20,000 nt of DNA from Scenedesmus sp. PABB004 (taxonomy: Eukaryota): NCBI GenBank assembly GCA_014905635.1, contig JABVCE010000007.1, positions 1,485,821 through 1,505,820 on the forward strand. Reading direction: 5' to 3'. A program made the translations under genes and the position numbers. The notes under the pieces are model-generated. The model saw only the letters and a program-made list of their open reading frames with translations, was not told the DNA's origin and did not search any database. This document shows, one piece after another, positions 7,131 to 17,599 of this stretch; within the stretch, counting starts at the first letter, position 1; the number at the start of each line of letters is the position of its first letter.

Positions 7131-9927
7131 GTGGGAGCCCCGCACCCCCACTCCGCAGGGGCGGCGGGGCAGCGGAAACGGCGCACGGCAGCGCTGCGCC
7201 GCGGCGCCGCGAGCGGCGCGCGCGCGGGCGGCGCGCGGCCCGCGGCGCGGCGCGGCCGCCGCCGGCGGCCCTCGGCGGCGCAGCCCGTGGCCGGGCAGCA
7301 CGTGGGAGCCCCGCACCCCCGCTCCGCAGGGGCGGCGGGGCAGCGGAAACGGCGCACGGCAGCGCTGCGCCGCGGCGCCGGCGAGCGGCGCGCGCGCGGG
7401 CGGCGCGCGCTTGCGGCGCGGCGCGGCCGCCGCCGGCGGCCCTCGGCGGCGCAGCCCGTGGCCGGGCAGCACGTGGGAGCCCCGCACCCCCGCTCCGCAG
7501 GGGCGGCGGGCAGCGGAAACGGCGCACGGCAGCGCTGCGTCACGGCGCCGGCGAGCGGCGCGCGCGCGGGCGGCGCGCGGCCCGCGGCGCGGCGCGGCCG
7601 CCGCCGGCGGCCCTCGGCGGCGCAGCCCGTGGCCGGGCAGCACGTGGGAGCCCCGCACCCCCGCTCCGCAGGGGCGGCGGGGCAGCGGAAACGGCGCACG
7701 GCAGCGCTGCGCCGCGGCGCCGGCGAGCGGCGCGCGCGCGGGCGGCGCGCGCTTGCGGCGCGGCGCGGCCGCCGCCGGCGGCCCTCGGCGGCGCAGCCCG
7801 TGGCCGGGCAGCACGTGGGAGCCCCGCACCCCCGCTCCGCAGGGGCGGCGGGGCAGCGGAAACGGCGCACGGCAGCGCTGCGTCACGGCGCCGGCGAGCG
7901 GCGCGCGCGCGGGCGGCTCGCGGCCCGCGGCGCGGCGCGGCCGCCGCCGGCGGCCCTCGGCGGCGCAGCCCGTGGCCGGGCAGCACGTGGGAGCCCCGCA
8001 CCCCCGCTCCGCATGGGCGGCGGGGCAGCGGAAACGGCGCACGGCAGCGCTGCGCCGCGGCGCCGGCGAGCGGCGCGCGCGCGCGGGCGGCGCGCGCTTG
8101 CGGCGCGGCGCGGCCGCCGCCGGCGGCCCTCGGCGGCGCAGCCCGTGGCCGGGCAGCACGTGGGAGCCCCGCACCCCCGCTCCGCAGGGGCGGCGGGGCA
8201 GCGGAAACGGCGCACGGCAGCGCTGCGCCGCGGCGCCGGCGAGCGGCGCGCGCGCGGCGGCGGCGCGCGGCCCGCGGCGCGGCGCGGCCGCCGCCGGCGG
8301 CCCTCGGCGGCGCAGCCCGTGGCGGGCAGCACGTGGGAGCCCCGCACCCCCGCTCCGCAGGGGCGGCGGGGCAGCGGAAACGGCGCACGGCAGCGCTGCG
8401 CCGCGGCGCCGGCGAGCGGCGCGCGCGCGGGCGGCGCGCGCTTGCGGCGCGGCGCGGCCGCCGCCGGCGGCCCTCGGCGGCGCAGCCCGTGGCCGGGCAG
8501 CACGTGGCAGCCCCGCACCCCCGCTCCGCAGGGGCGGCGGGGCAGCGGAAACGGCGCACGGCAGCGCTGCGCCACGGCGCCGGCGAGCGGCGCGCGCGCG
8601 GGCGGCTCGCGGCCCGCGGCGCGGCGCGGCCGCCGCCGGCGGCCCTCGGCGGCGCAGCCCGTGGCCGGGCAGCACGTGGGAGCCCCGCACCCCCGCTCCG
8701 CAGGGGCGGCGGGGCAGCGGAAACGGCGCACGGCAGCGCTGCGCCACGGCGCCGGCGAGCGGCGCGCGCGCGGGCGGCTCGCGGCCCGCGGCGCGGCGCG
8801 GCCGCCGCCGGCGGCCCTCGGCGGCGCAGCCCGTGGCCGGGCAGCACGTGGGAGCCCCGCACCCCCGCTCCGCAGGGGCGGCGGGGCAGCGGAAACGGCG
8901 CACGGCAGCGCTGCGCCGCGGCGCCGGCGAGCGGCGCGCGCGCGGGCGGCGCGCGCTTGCGGCGCGGCGCGGCCGCCGCCGGCGGCCCTCGGCGGCGCAG
9001 CCCGTGGCCGGGCAGCACGTGGGAGCCCCGCACCCCCGCTCCGCAGGGGCGGCGGGGCAGCGGAAACGGCGCACGGCAGCGCTGCGCCGCGGCGCCGGCG
9101 AGCGGCGCGCGCGCGGGCGGCGCGCGCTTGCGGCGCGGCGCGGCCGCCGCCGGCGGCCCTCGGCGGCGCAGCCCGTGGCCGGGCAGCACGTGGCAGCCCC
9201 GCACCCCCGCTCCGCAGGGGCGGCGGGGCAGCGGAAACGGCGCACGGCAGCGCTGCGCCACGGCGCCGGCGAGCGGCGCGCGCGCGGGCGGCTCGCGGCC
9301 CGCGGCGCGGCGCGGCCGCCGCCGGCGGCCCTCGGCGGCGCAGCCCGTGGCCGGGCAGCACGTGGGAGCCCCGCACCCCCGCTCCGCAGGGGCGGCGGGG
9401 CAGCGGAAACGGCGCACGGCAGCGCTGCGCCACGGCGCCGGCGAGCGGCGCGCGCGCGGGCGGCTCGCGGCCCGCGGCGCGGCGCGGCCGCCGCCGGCGG
9501 CCCTCGGCGGCGCAGCCCGTGGCCGGGCAGCACGTGGGAGCCCCGCACCCCCGCTCCGCAGGGGCGGCGGGGCAGCGGAAACGGCGCACGGCAGCGCTGC
9601 GCCGCGGCGCCGGCGAGCGGCGCGCGCGCGGGCGGCGCGCGCTTGCGGCGCGGCGCGGCCGCCGCCGGCGGCCCTCGGCGGCGCAGCCCGTGGCCGGGCA
9701 GCACGTGGCAGCCCCGCACCCCCGCTCCGCAGGGGCGGCGGGGCAGCGGAAACGGCGCACGGCAGCGCTGCGCCACGGCGCCGGCGAGCGGCGCGCGCGC
9801 GGGCGGCTCGCGGCCCGCGGCGCGGCGCGGCCGCCGCCGGCGGCCCTCGGCGGCGCAGCCCGTGGCCGGGCAGCACGTGGGAGCCCCGCACCCCCGCTCC
9901 GCAGGGGCGGCGGGGCAGCGGAAACGG
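7131..9927. repeat. GC-rich tandem satellite-like array, 171-173 bp unit, ~16.3 copies (plus ~0.5 copy left of the hAT)
   Basis: Anchor GTGG(G/C)AGC recurs at 7131, 7302, 7473, 7644, 7815, 7987, 8160, 8333, 8504, 8676, 8848, 9019, 9190, 9362, 9534, 9705 and 9877. Units are nearly identical, with two main variants (cgcggcccgc versus cgcgcttgc). Confidence 0.98.
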
Positions 9928-9929
9928 GG

Positions 9930-10222
9930 TTTCTCAGGGGTTTTTGCAGCAAAGCCAACTGATGCCCCCTGGTGTGTGCGTGTGTCGTCGCGCGGCGCGG
10001 GGGCTGATGCCGCTGAGGCCGGCCCCTGCCGCCGCCAGCGTGGATGGCGTTTGCGCGTGATCTCTGCGCGGAGGCTTGGCGCCGGTGCACCTCGCTGCAC
10101 CGATGCCCGGTGCGGCTCGCCGCACCGGAAGGGGGGTGTGCGGCCTGATCTGCTGCTGCCCCTTTGATTGCGGGGCATCACCTGGTCTCCTTGGGCGCCC
10201 GTTGGGCGTTGGCCTCTGGCTG
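9930..10222 (+). mobile_element. L1-family 3'-UTR fragment (~293 bp) in sense orientation
   Basis: Reverse complement of 10388-10680 and 12006-12298, with about 4-5 substitutions. It lacks its own last ~140 nt and poly(A). Confidence 0.92.
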
Positions 10223-10963
10223 TTTTTTTTTTTTTTTTTTTTTTGGTTACAATGGGTGACCAGACAAGGACCGAGGCCCAGGGGCAGCCCACTGAAAAAA
10301 GCTCCAACGGGAAGAGCGCAGCAACCCCTCGTGAAAAACCGCGCCCCGGCGCCCCCCGAGAGGGGGCCCACACATCACCCAACGGCACAGCCAGAGGCCA
10401 ACGCCCAACGGGCGCCCAAGGAGACCAGGTGATGCCCCGCAATCAAAGGGGCAGCAGCAGATCAGGCCGCACACCCCCCTTCCGGTGCGGCGAGCCGCAC
10501 CGGGCCTCGGTGCAGCGAGGTGCACCGGCCCCAAGCCTCCGCGCGGAGATCACGCGCAAACGCCATCCACGCTGGCGGCGGCAGGGGCCGGCCTCAGCGG
10601 CATCAGCCCCCGCGCCGCGCGACGACACACGCACACACCAGGGGGCAGCAGTTGGCTTTGTTGCAAAAACCCCTGAGAAAGCCGCGCACCGATGAGAAAG
10701 CCGCCCCACCGGGCAGGCAGCACGCCAAGCCGCCGCGCACGGAGCGCGTGCAGCCGCCAAAACACGCCGGCGGCGCCAGGGGCCGGCCCATCGGCTGCAG
10801 CCCCCTCGCCGCGCGACGACCAACACGCAGACACCAGCCCCGCGGCACGGGCGGACACCGCCCAACCTTGCACGCTGCAGAAGAAGCGCGACACGCAGCC
10901 AGCCGGGGTCGCAGCAAGCCCGGCCGCGGACCCCCCGGCCCCTGCAGCTAGCCGCCGCGCTGT

Positions 10964-10995
<32 letters not shown>

Positions 10996-11839
10996 GGTCC
11001 TGCGCCGCCGCGGGGCCAGCGCCGGCGCCGCCGGCAGCGCCGGCACGCCCGCTGCGGTGAGCCGGAACTCCATTGTGAAGCGGCCCCCGTGCTGGCCCGT
11101 GCGCGCGATGACCCCTCGGTGGCACCACCGGCGTTCGAAATCTGCCTGAGTGAGCTCCTTGCCGGAGCCCGACAGCCAGGAGCGCGGCACGCCCGCCAGC
11201 GCGCGCACGTCCATCGCTGCCTTGCGCCAGTCCAGCACGACTGCGTCGCGCACCGAGTACACAAAGATGCGAATCGCCGCCACAGGCGCGTGCCCGGGCT
11301 GGCCGCCGCCGTGCCGCGCGCGCGCGGCGAGCAGGGCGCGCAGCAGCAGCAGGCGGAGGTGCGTCCAGAGCTGCTGCAGCTCCGGCGCGACGCCCGACCT
11401 GGCAAAGTCGTCCGCCAGCATCACCCTGGGCGGGGGCGGCGCGCGCGGGAAGCCCGGCTGCAGCCGCGCCCAGAGGTGAGCAAACCACTGCAGCACCGCC
11501 GCCGCCACGGGGCATCCGCCGAGGACGTGGCCGAGCGTCTCCAGCGGCGGCTGCTGCTGTGCGCGGCAGAGCGGGTGCGGGCACGCCAGCTCCGCCAGCT
11601 CCGGCGCCGCGCGCTGGTAAGAGAAGACCCTGTCGCCGCTGACGCGCACCCCGCCGTGCAGCAGGCTCCAGCCAAAGTGTCGCAGGCGCGCGCGCGGCAT
11701 GCGCGCCTGCTGCGCGCGCGCGTAGCAGGCGGCCCAGGCGGGCGGCTCCGCGCGCTCGCCGGCGCGCAGCGGCGCAGTCGCACCAGTGAGCGGGTCGACG
11801 AGGTCGTTGGCCGCCGGCTCCTGAACCAGGGTCCTGCGC
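10223..11839 (-). mobile_element. L1-clade LINE copy A: 3' 1.6 kb (ORF2 C-terminus, ~700-nt 3' UTR, poly(A))
   Basis: Poly-T22 at 10223-10244 and TTACA (TGTAA on - strand) at 10247-10251. Near-identical to 11843-13455 at an offset of ~1617 bp. Homology ends at gtcctgcgc (11839), followed by 'acc' and the next poly-T. Confidence 0.95.
10948..11839 (-). pseudogene. C-terminal fragment of L1 ORF2 (zf-RVT/CCHC region), frame open to TAG
   Basis: RRTLVQEP...RLRHFGWSLLHGGV...ELACPHPLC...LETLGHVLGGCPVA...W...FERRWC...QRGG*. No start codon. Confidence 0.85.
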
Positions 11840-12566
11840 ACCTTTTTTTTTTTTTTTTTTTTTGTTACAATGGGTGACCAGACAAGGACCGAGGCCCAGG
11901 GGCAGCCCACTGAAAAAAGCTCCAACGGGAAGAGCGCAGCAACCCCTCGTGAAAAACCGCGCCCCGGCGCCCCCCGAGAGGGGGCCCACACATCACCCAA
12001 CGGCACAGCCAGAGGCCAACGCCCAACGGGCGCCCAAGGAGACCAGGTGATGCCCCGCAATCAAAGGGGCAGCAGCAGATCAGGCCGCACACCCCCCTTC
12101 CGGTGCGGCGAGCCGCACCGGGCCTCGGTGCAGCGAGGTGCACCGGCCCCAAGCCTCCGCGCGGAGATCACGCGCAAACGCCATCCACGCTGGCGGCGGC
12201 AGGGGCCGGCCTCAGCGGCATCAGCCCCCGCGCCGCGCGACGACACACGCACACACCAGGGGGCAGCAGTTGGCTTTGCTGCAAAAACCCCTGAGAAAGC
12301 CGCGCACCGATGAGAAAGCCGCCCCACCGGGCAGGCAGCACGCCAAGCCGCCGCGCACGGAGCGCGTGCAGCCGCCAAACACGCCGGCGGCGCCAGGGGC
12401 CGGCCCCATCGGCTGCAGCCCCCTCGCCGCGCGACGACCAACACGCAGACACCAGCCCCGCGGCACGGGCGGACACCGCCCAACCTTGCACGCTGCAGAA
12501 GAAGCGCGACACGCAGCCAGCCGGGGTCGCAGCAAGCCCGGCCGCGGACCCCCCCGGCCCCTGCAG

Positions 12567-12582
12567 CTAGCCGCCGCGCTGT

Positions 12583-12613
<31 letters not shown>

Positions 12614-15600
12614 GGGTCCTGCGCCGCCGGCGGGGCCAGCGCCGGCGCCGCCGGCAGCGCCGGCACGCCCGCTGCGGTGAGCCGGAACTCCATTGTGAAG
12701 CGGCCCCCGTGCTGGCCCGTGCGCGCGATGACCCCTCGGTGGCACCACCGGCGTTCGAAATCTGCCTGAGTGAGCTCCTTGCCGGAGCCCGACAGCCAGG
12801 AGCGCGGCACGCCCGCCAGCGCGCGCACGTCCATCGCTGCCTTGCGCCAGTCCAGCACGACTGCGTCGCGCACCGAGTACACAAAGATGCGAATCGCCGC
12901 CACAGGCGCGTGCCCGGGCTGGCCGCCGCCGTGCGCGCGCGCGCGGCGAGCAGGGCGCGCAGCAGCAGCAGGCGGAGGTGCGTCCAGAGCTGCTGCAGCT
13001 CCGGCGCGACGCCCGACCTGGCAAAGTCGTCCGCCAGCATCACCCTGGGCGGGGGCGGCGCGCGCGGGAAGCCCGGCTGCAGCCGCGCCCAGAGGTGAGC
13101 AAACCACTGCAGCACCGCCGCCGCCACGGGGCAGCCGCCGAGGACGTGGCCGAGCGTCTCCAGCGGCGGCTGCTGCTGCGCGCGGCAGAGCGGGTGCGGG
13201 CACGCCAGCTCCGCCAGCTCCGGCGCCGCGCGCTGGTAAGAGAAGACCCTGTCGCCGCTGACGCGCACCCCGCCGTGCAGCAGGCTCCAGCCAAAGTGTC
13301 GCAGGGCGCGCGGCATGCGCGCCTGCTGCGCGCGCGCGTAGCAGGCGGCCCAGGCGGGCGGCTCCGCGCGCTCGCCGGCGCGCGGCGGCGCAGTCGCACC
13401 AGTGAGCGGGTCGACGAGGTCGTTGGCCGCCGGCTCCTGAACCAGGGTCCTGCGCTGCTCCAGCTGCTGCTCCCGCCGCTGCTCATGCTCCTCGCGCCGC
13501 GCCGCGGCGGCAGCGGCCGCCGCCGGCCCGACGCGCTCCATGACGTGGCGCCGCGGGGGCGAGACTTTCTGCCACGCCGGCAGCCCAGGCTCCGGGTCTG
13601 GCGTCTCGGCCCGCTGCCGCTCCGCCCAGCTGCGCTTCTGGCCCGCCTCCCGCCGCGCGATGGCGCTGGCCGGGCATGCCTGGCCGTAGCCGGCGCGCCA
13701 GAGGCCCGGCACGCAGCCAACGCCGGGCGTCCAGCCCCTGCCGGCGTGACCTCGCGCGCGCAGCGCAGCTGCAGCAGCCGCAGGGTCGCGCCGCGCACCG
13801 TAAACTGCATGACCGTGGCCGCGTGCCCGAGCCCCCACACGGAGGGGTCGACGCGGACGTCAGGCCAGAAGCCCACGAGGAACCATCGCCGCGCCCTGCT
13901 GTGCATCTCCGGCTGCTCCGCCGGCGCCGCTGCCGCCGGGCGCTCCGGCCGCCGCGCGCTGCGCGCGCGCCGCTGGCCGCGGCGCCTGCGCCGCGTCCAC
14001 CACGCAGCAGTCCTCCCACCCCCCCGCCGCGACTATCTCGGGCGGGGGCTCGGCGGTGCGGAGCCTGCTGTCAGGCCCCACCTCGAAGAAGCTCGCCGCT
14101 GCCGCGCCCAGCGCCCCCGCCGTACCCACCGCACACGGCAGCGGGCGGCGGCGGCGGCGGCTGCGCGGCTGCTCCACCGGCAGCGCCGCCAGCGGCTGCT
14201 GGGGCTGCTGCACCACGCCGCCGCCCGGCGACGGCGGCGCCGCGCTGGGCCGCAGCGCCTGCCAACCCGGCGCGCTCGGCCCGCTGCGCGCGAGCGCCTG
14301 CTGCCACTCACCCGGCATGACGACGCCGTCGGCGGCCGGCCGCCCCGGCAGGCGCGGCGCCGCCTGCCCGAGGCTGTCGCTGCGCAGCTCCGCGGGCAGG
14401 TCCTCGAGCGACGCGATGCGCGCGCCGCCCAGGGCCGCGCCGACGCTGCAGTTGCCCACCAGGGCCTCCACCCTGATCTGCTCCACGGTCATGCTGCCGT
14501 GGGGGATCACCCGGTGCACGCCGAGAGCCGCAAACGCGCAGGCGATCGCGCCCCACCGCCACGGCAGCTGCGCCCGCAGCTCCAGCGCGGTGCCCTGCAC
14601 GAGGGCGGCGGTGCCCCGGCCAGGCAGCGCGCGCGCGAAGCGCGCCGCCGCGGGTGGCTTCCAGGCCGCCCCCACCGGGTGCAGCAGCCTGGCGGCCGTC
14701 TTGGCCAGCATTGCCGTGGTGAAGGCCGCGACGTCGACCTGCGCCTCGCCGCCCATGCTCGCGGGCAGGCACGCGATGGCCGCCCGCGGAACCTGCCTGA
14801 TAATGCGGTTGTCGCTCTCGCGGATGCACCAGTTGCCGACGATGTAGGCGGTGACGCGCCGCTGGATGAGGCGCAGGAGGTCGGCCGGCACCGGCACAAA
14901 CTGCGCGTGCCAGCCCACGCAGGCCGCGAGCACCTGGCGCGCAACGTGCCGGCGGCCCGGGCGCGTGAGCGCGTACCGCGACCAGTGCGCGATGCGGCAG
15001 GTGATGGTGCGCAGCCGCTCGCGGTAAAGCTGCGCCGCGTGCCGCTCGACGCCGGTGGCAGAGAGCAGCACGCCCAGGTGCCTGATCGGCGCCTGCTCTG
15101 TGTCCGGGAAGCACACGCCCGTGCTGCACTCGACCAGCTGCCCGCTGCCATCCGGCTGCAGCTGCAGCGCCGGGTGGTCGCCCAGCAGCATGCCCTTGCA
15201 CTTGGCCAGGTTGAGCTGCGCGCCGCTGGCCAGGCAGAACGGCGCGACGGCGCCGTCCAGCAGCCGCTTGGCGCTCTCCACTGACGCTGCGTGCAGGGTG
15301 GTGTCGTCTGCGTGCTGGTGGCAGCAGGGCGCCGGCCCTGCGCCGCCGGGCAGCTGCAGGCTGGCAAAACCGGGCTGCCGCTGCACGCGCCGGCACATGG
15401 CCGCCAGCGGCTGCGCCGCCAGCACATACAGCAGCGGGCTGAGCGGGCTGCCCTGCGCGCAGCCCGACGCCACGCTGAACTCGCGGCTGACATGGCCGCC
15501 GTTGAAGGCGACGCGCGCCCGCGTGCCTGCGAGCAGCAGGCGGACCCAGCGCGTGGTTGCGTCGGGCAGGCCCATGCGCGCGAGGCACCTGAACAGCCAG

Positions 15601-17582
15601 CCGCGGTCGAGGCGGTCGTAGGCCTTGGCAAAGTCGAGGAACAGCAGGCAGCCCGGCGCGCGCGTCTCGCGCGCGCGTGTCGATCGCCTCCAGGTGCATG
15701 AGCACGTTGTCGGCGATGTCCCGGCCCGGCACAAACGCCGTCTGCGTGCCGTCGACGATGGAGCCGAGCGCGGGCGCGAGCCGCTGCACGATGGCCTTGG
15801 CTGCGATCTTGGTGTCTGTGTTGAGCAGCGTGATGGGGCGGTAGCTGCTGACCGCCTCGCGCGGCTGGCCGCCCTTGTGGATCAGCGTGATGAGCCCGAG
15901 CCGCTGCGTCGCCGCGAGCTGCGGCGCGCCGGCTGCCTGGTTGAGGTAGTGATAGTTGAAGGCTTGGACGAGCGGCTCGCCCAGCACCTCCCACAGGGCC
16001 GCGTAGGCCTCGCAGGTGAGGCCGTCGCTGCCCGGCGCCGCGCCGCGCGGCAGGCTGGCCAGCGCCGCCGTCGCCTCGGCGAACGTGAGCAGCCCCTCGG
16101 GGTCCTGCCCGCGGCAGGCCCGCTGCTCGGCTGCCGAGAGCTGCGGTCCAGCGCGTCCAGCATGCAGTCCTGCTGCTGCTGGTCGGTCGGCCGGACGCCG
16201 AACATGCCGCCCGGCACGTCCGCGTCGAAGAAGTCGGCGATGATGCGGCCGCCCTCCTGGATGCCTGCCCTGGAGGTAAGCGGCACGGCGGGCTGGCCCG
16301 GGCGGGCGAGCGCGTGAATTGGCTGCGCGCCGCCCGGCGCGCGGCCCAGGCGGTGGAACCAGCGGCTGGGCCCCTCGCCGCACTCTCCCATACCGCCTCC
16401 AGAGCGTCCGCCTGCTGCCGCGCCGTCGCCGCCTCCGCCGCGGCGAGCCCGCTCTGCGGCGAGGGCGTTAGCGGCGGCCTCGGGGCAGCCGTACTGCTGG
16501 CTGCCTGCCGCCCAGCGCGCTGCGCGCAGCGCGTGCCGCAGCTGGTGGAGCTCCTGCTGCTCCTGCTGCCGCATCTCCGCACGCAGCTCCGCCGCGATGC
16601 GCCGCACACTCTGTTTGAGCTGCTCAAACAGCTCGCCCGGGTCCAGCCCTGCGTCCCGCAGCTGCTGCGCGGCAGCTGCTACACGGTCGCGGAGCTCGGC
16701 CCGGCGGCTGGCGCAGGCGAGCAGGTCGTTGGGGAACGTCCAGCGTCGCCGCCCAGCCAGCGGCTGTCCCGGCCGCTGCAGGCTGACGCTGACCGGCCTG
16801 TGGTCGCTGTGGCACAGCGGGTGGTGCGCCGCACCGACCAGCCAGTGGTCGGCGAGCTCCTGCGCCACAAACCACGCGTCGATGCGGCCACCGTGCACCG
16901 CCCCGTCGCGCCGCTGGTAGTGCGTGGGCTGCGCGCGGAGCTGCGGCGCCACGCGCAGCAGCGCGTCGACGACGCCCGCCGCCGCGTTGGCGCGGGCGAG
17001 GTCCGCGCCGCCGTGGCACCTGCCAGACCGCGCCGCCGCCTGCCCCGGCAGGGGCTGGACGTCAGCGGCGAGACGACGCAGTTGAAGTCGCCGCCCGCCA
17101 GCAGCAGCGCGCCCCCGCCGGCCCTGCCAGGAGGGCCTCCTGGTACGGCCCGCGAAGAACGCAGGGCGCTCTGCCCGCTCGGACGGCGCGTAAACGCCCA
17201 GCACCGAGAGGCGGTCGCCATGCTGCGTGCGCCAGCCCACGCGCAGCAGCCTACCTACAGTGTCGCAGTACTCGATACTCGGCGCCTCCCCAGCGGGCAC
17301 GACGCCATCGCGGATCAGGATGCCCACGCCCCGCGACGCTGAGCTGAGCTGCCGTGGCTCCACCATGCTGAACCCTGCCATGGCCGGCCGGGGCCGGCCC
17401 CGCCTTGGACCCACCTGCGGGCCTGGCCGTCGCCCTGCGCGTGCGTCTCTGTGAGGACGACCACGTGGTAGCGGAGGCCAGGAGCCAGGCGAAGAACGCC
17501 TGTCGGCTGGGCTTGTGGTTGAGGCCGTTCACGTTGACGGCCACCACCTTGAGCCCCCCCAGGCCGCGCTCGCGCGCGACAT
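12567..17582 (-). CDS. L1 ORF2: AP endonuclease, reverse transcriptase and C-terminal CCHC/zf-RVT; broken by multiple frameshifts in this sequence
   Basis: APE motifs: LKVVAVNVNGL, VVLTETH, RGVGILI, VLGVYAPS, LAGGDFNCV, RIDAWFV, HSDHRPV. RT motifs: APGSDGLT, YRPITLLNTDTKI, QTAFVPGRDIADNV, LDFAKAYDRLD, GCAQGSPLSPLLY, QHADD (HADD at 15314-15303), RHLGV. C-terminal CPHPLC...ETLGHVLGGC. The motifs are spread over several ORF-track frames. The ATG at 17582 needs one more G in the G7 run to join the APE frame. Confidence 0.9.
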
Positions 17583-17599
17583 GGCTACTGCGGCTGCCC

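Larger units (their letters stand above)
3665..9927 (-). mobile_element. Putative non-LTR retroposon (SINE-like or LINE 3' region) made mostly of a 171-bp tandem array; interrupted by hAT and cut off by an L1 fragment
   Basis: Simple-repeat tail and TGTAA at 3665-3692, then a short unique segment, then a degenerate repeat-unit piece (3744-3766), then the array. No coding sequence or 5' end is visible, and the family is unassigned. Confidence 0.45.

Noticed and set aside
7131..9927. CRISPR array
   Set aside because: Whole units repeat with no unique spacers, there are no cas genes, and the context is eukaryotic.
7131..9927. Hammerhead ribozyme / retrozyme monomers (GAAAC in each unit)
   Set aside because: No CTGANGA core is visible on either strand of the unit.
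9930..10222. Twin-priming 5' inversion of L1 copy A
   Set aside because: The inverted piece lies beyond the poly(A) end, duplicates sequence already in copy A and has its own substitutions. Twin priming gives a non-overlapping inversion at the 5' end.
6394..10442. Very long ORFs (700-1250 aa) in all frames over the array
   Set aside because: They arise because the GC-rich 171-bp unit has almost no stop codons. Translations are R/A/G/P repeats that switch frame with unit indels.
9930..10680. MITE or foldback transposon
   Set aside because: The arms are L1 3'-UTR sequence, the right arm continues seamlessly into the LINE, and there is no TSD.
10245..13455. LTRs of an LTR retrotransposon (1.6-kb direct repeat)
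   Set aside because: The repeats are adjacent, each ends in poly(A) and includes ORF2 coding sequence, and there are no TG..CA ends, integrase or protease.
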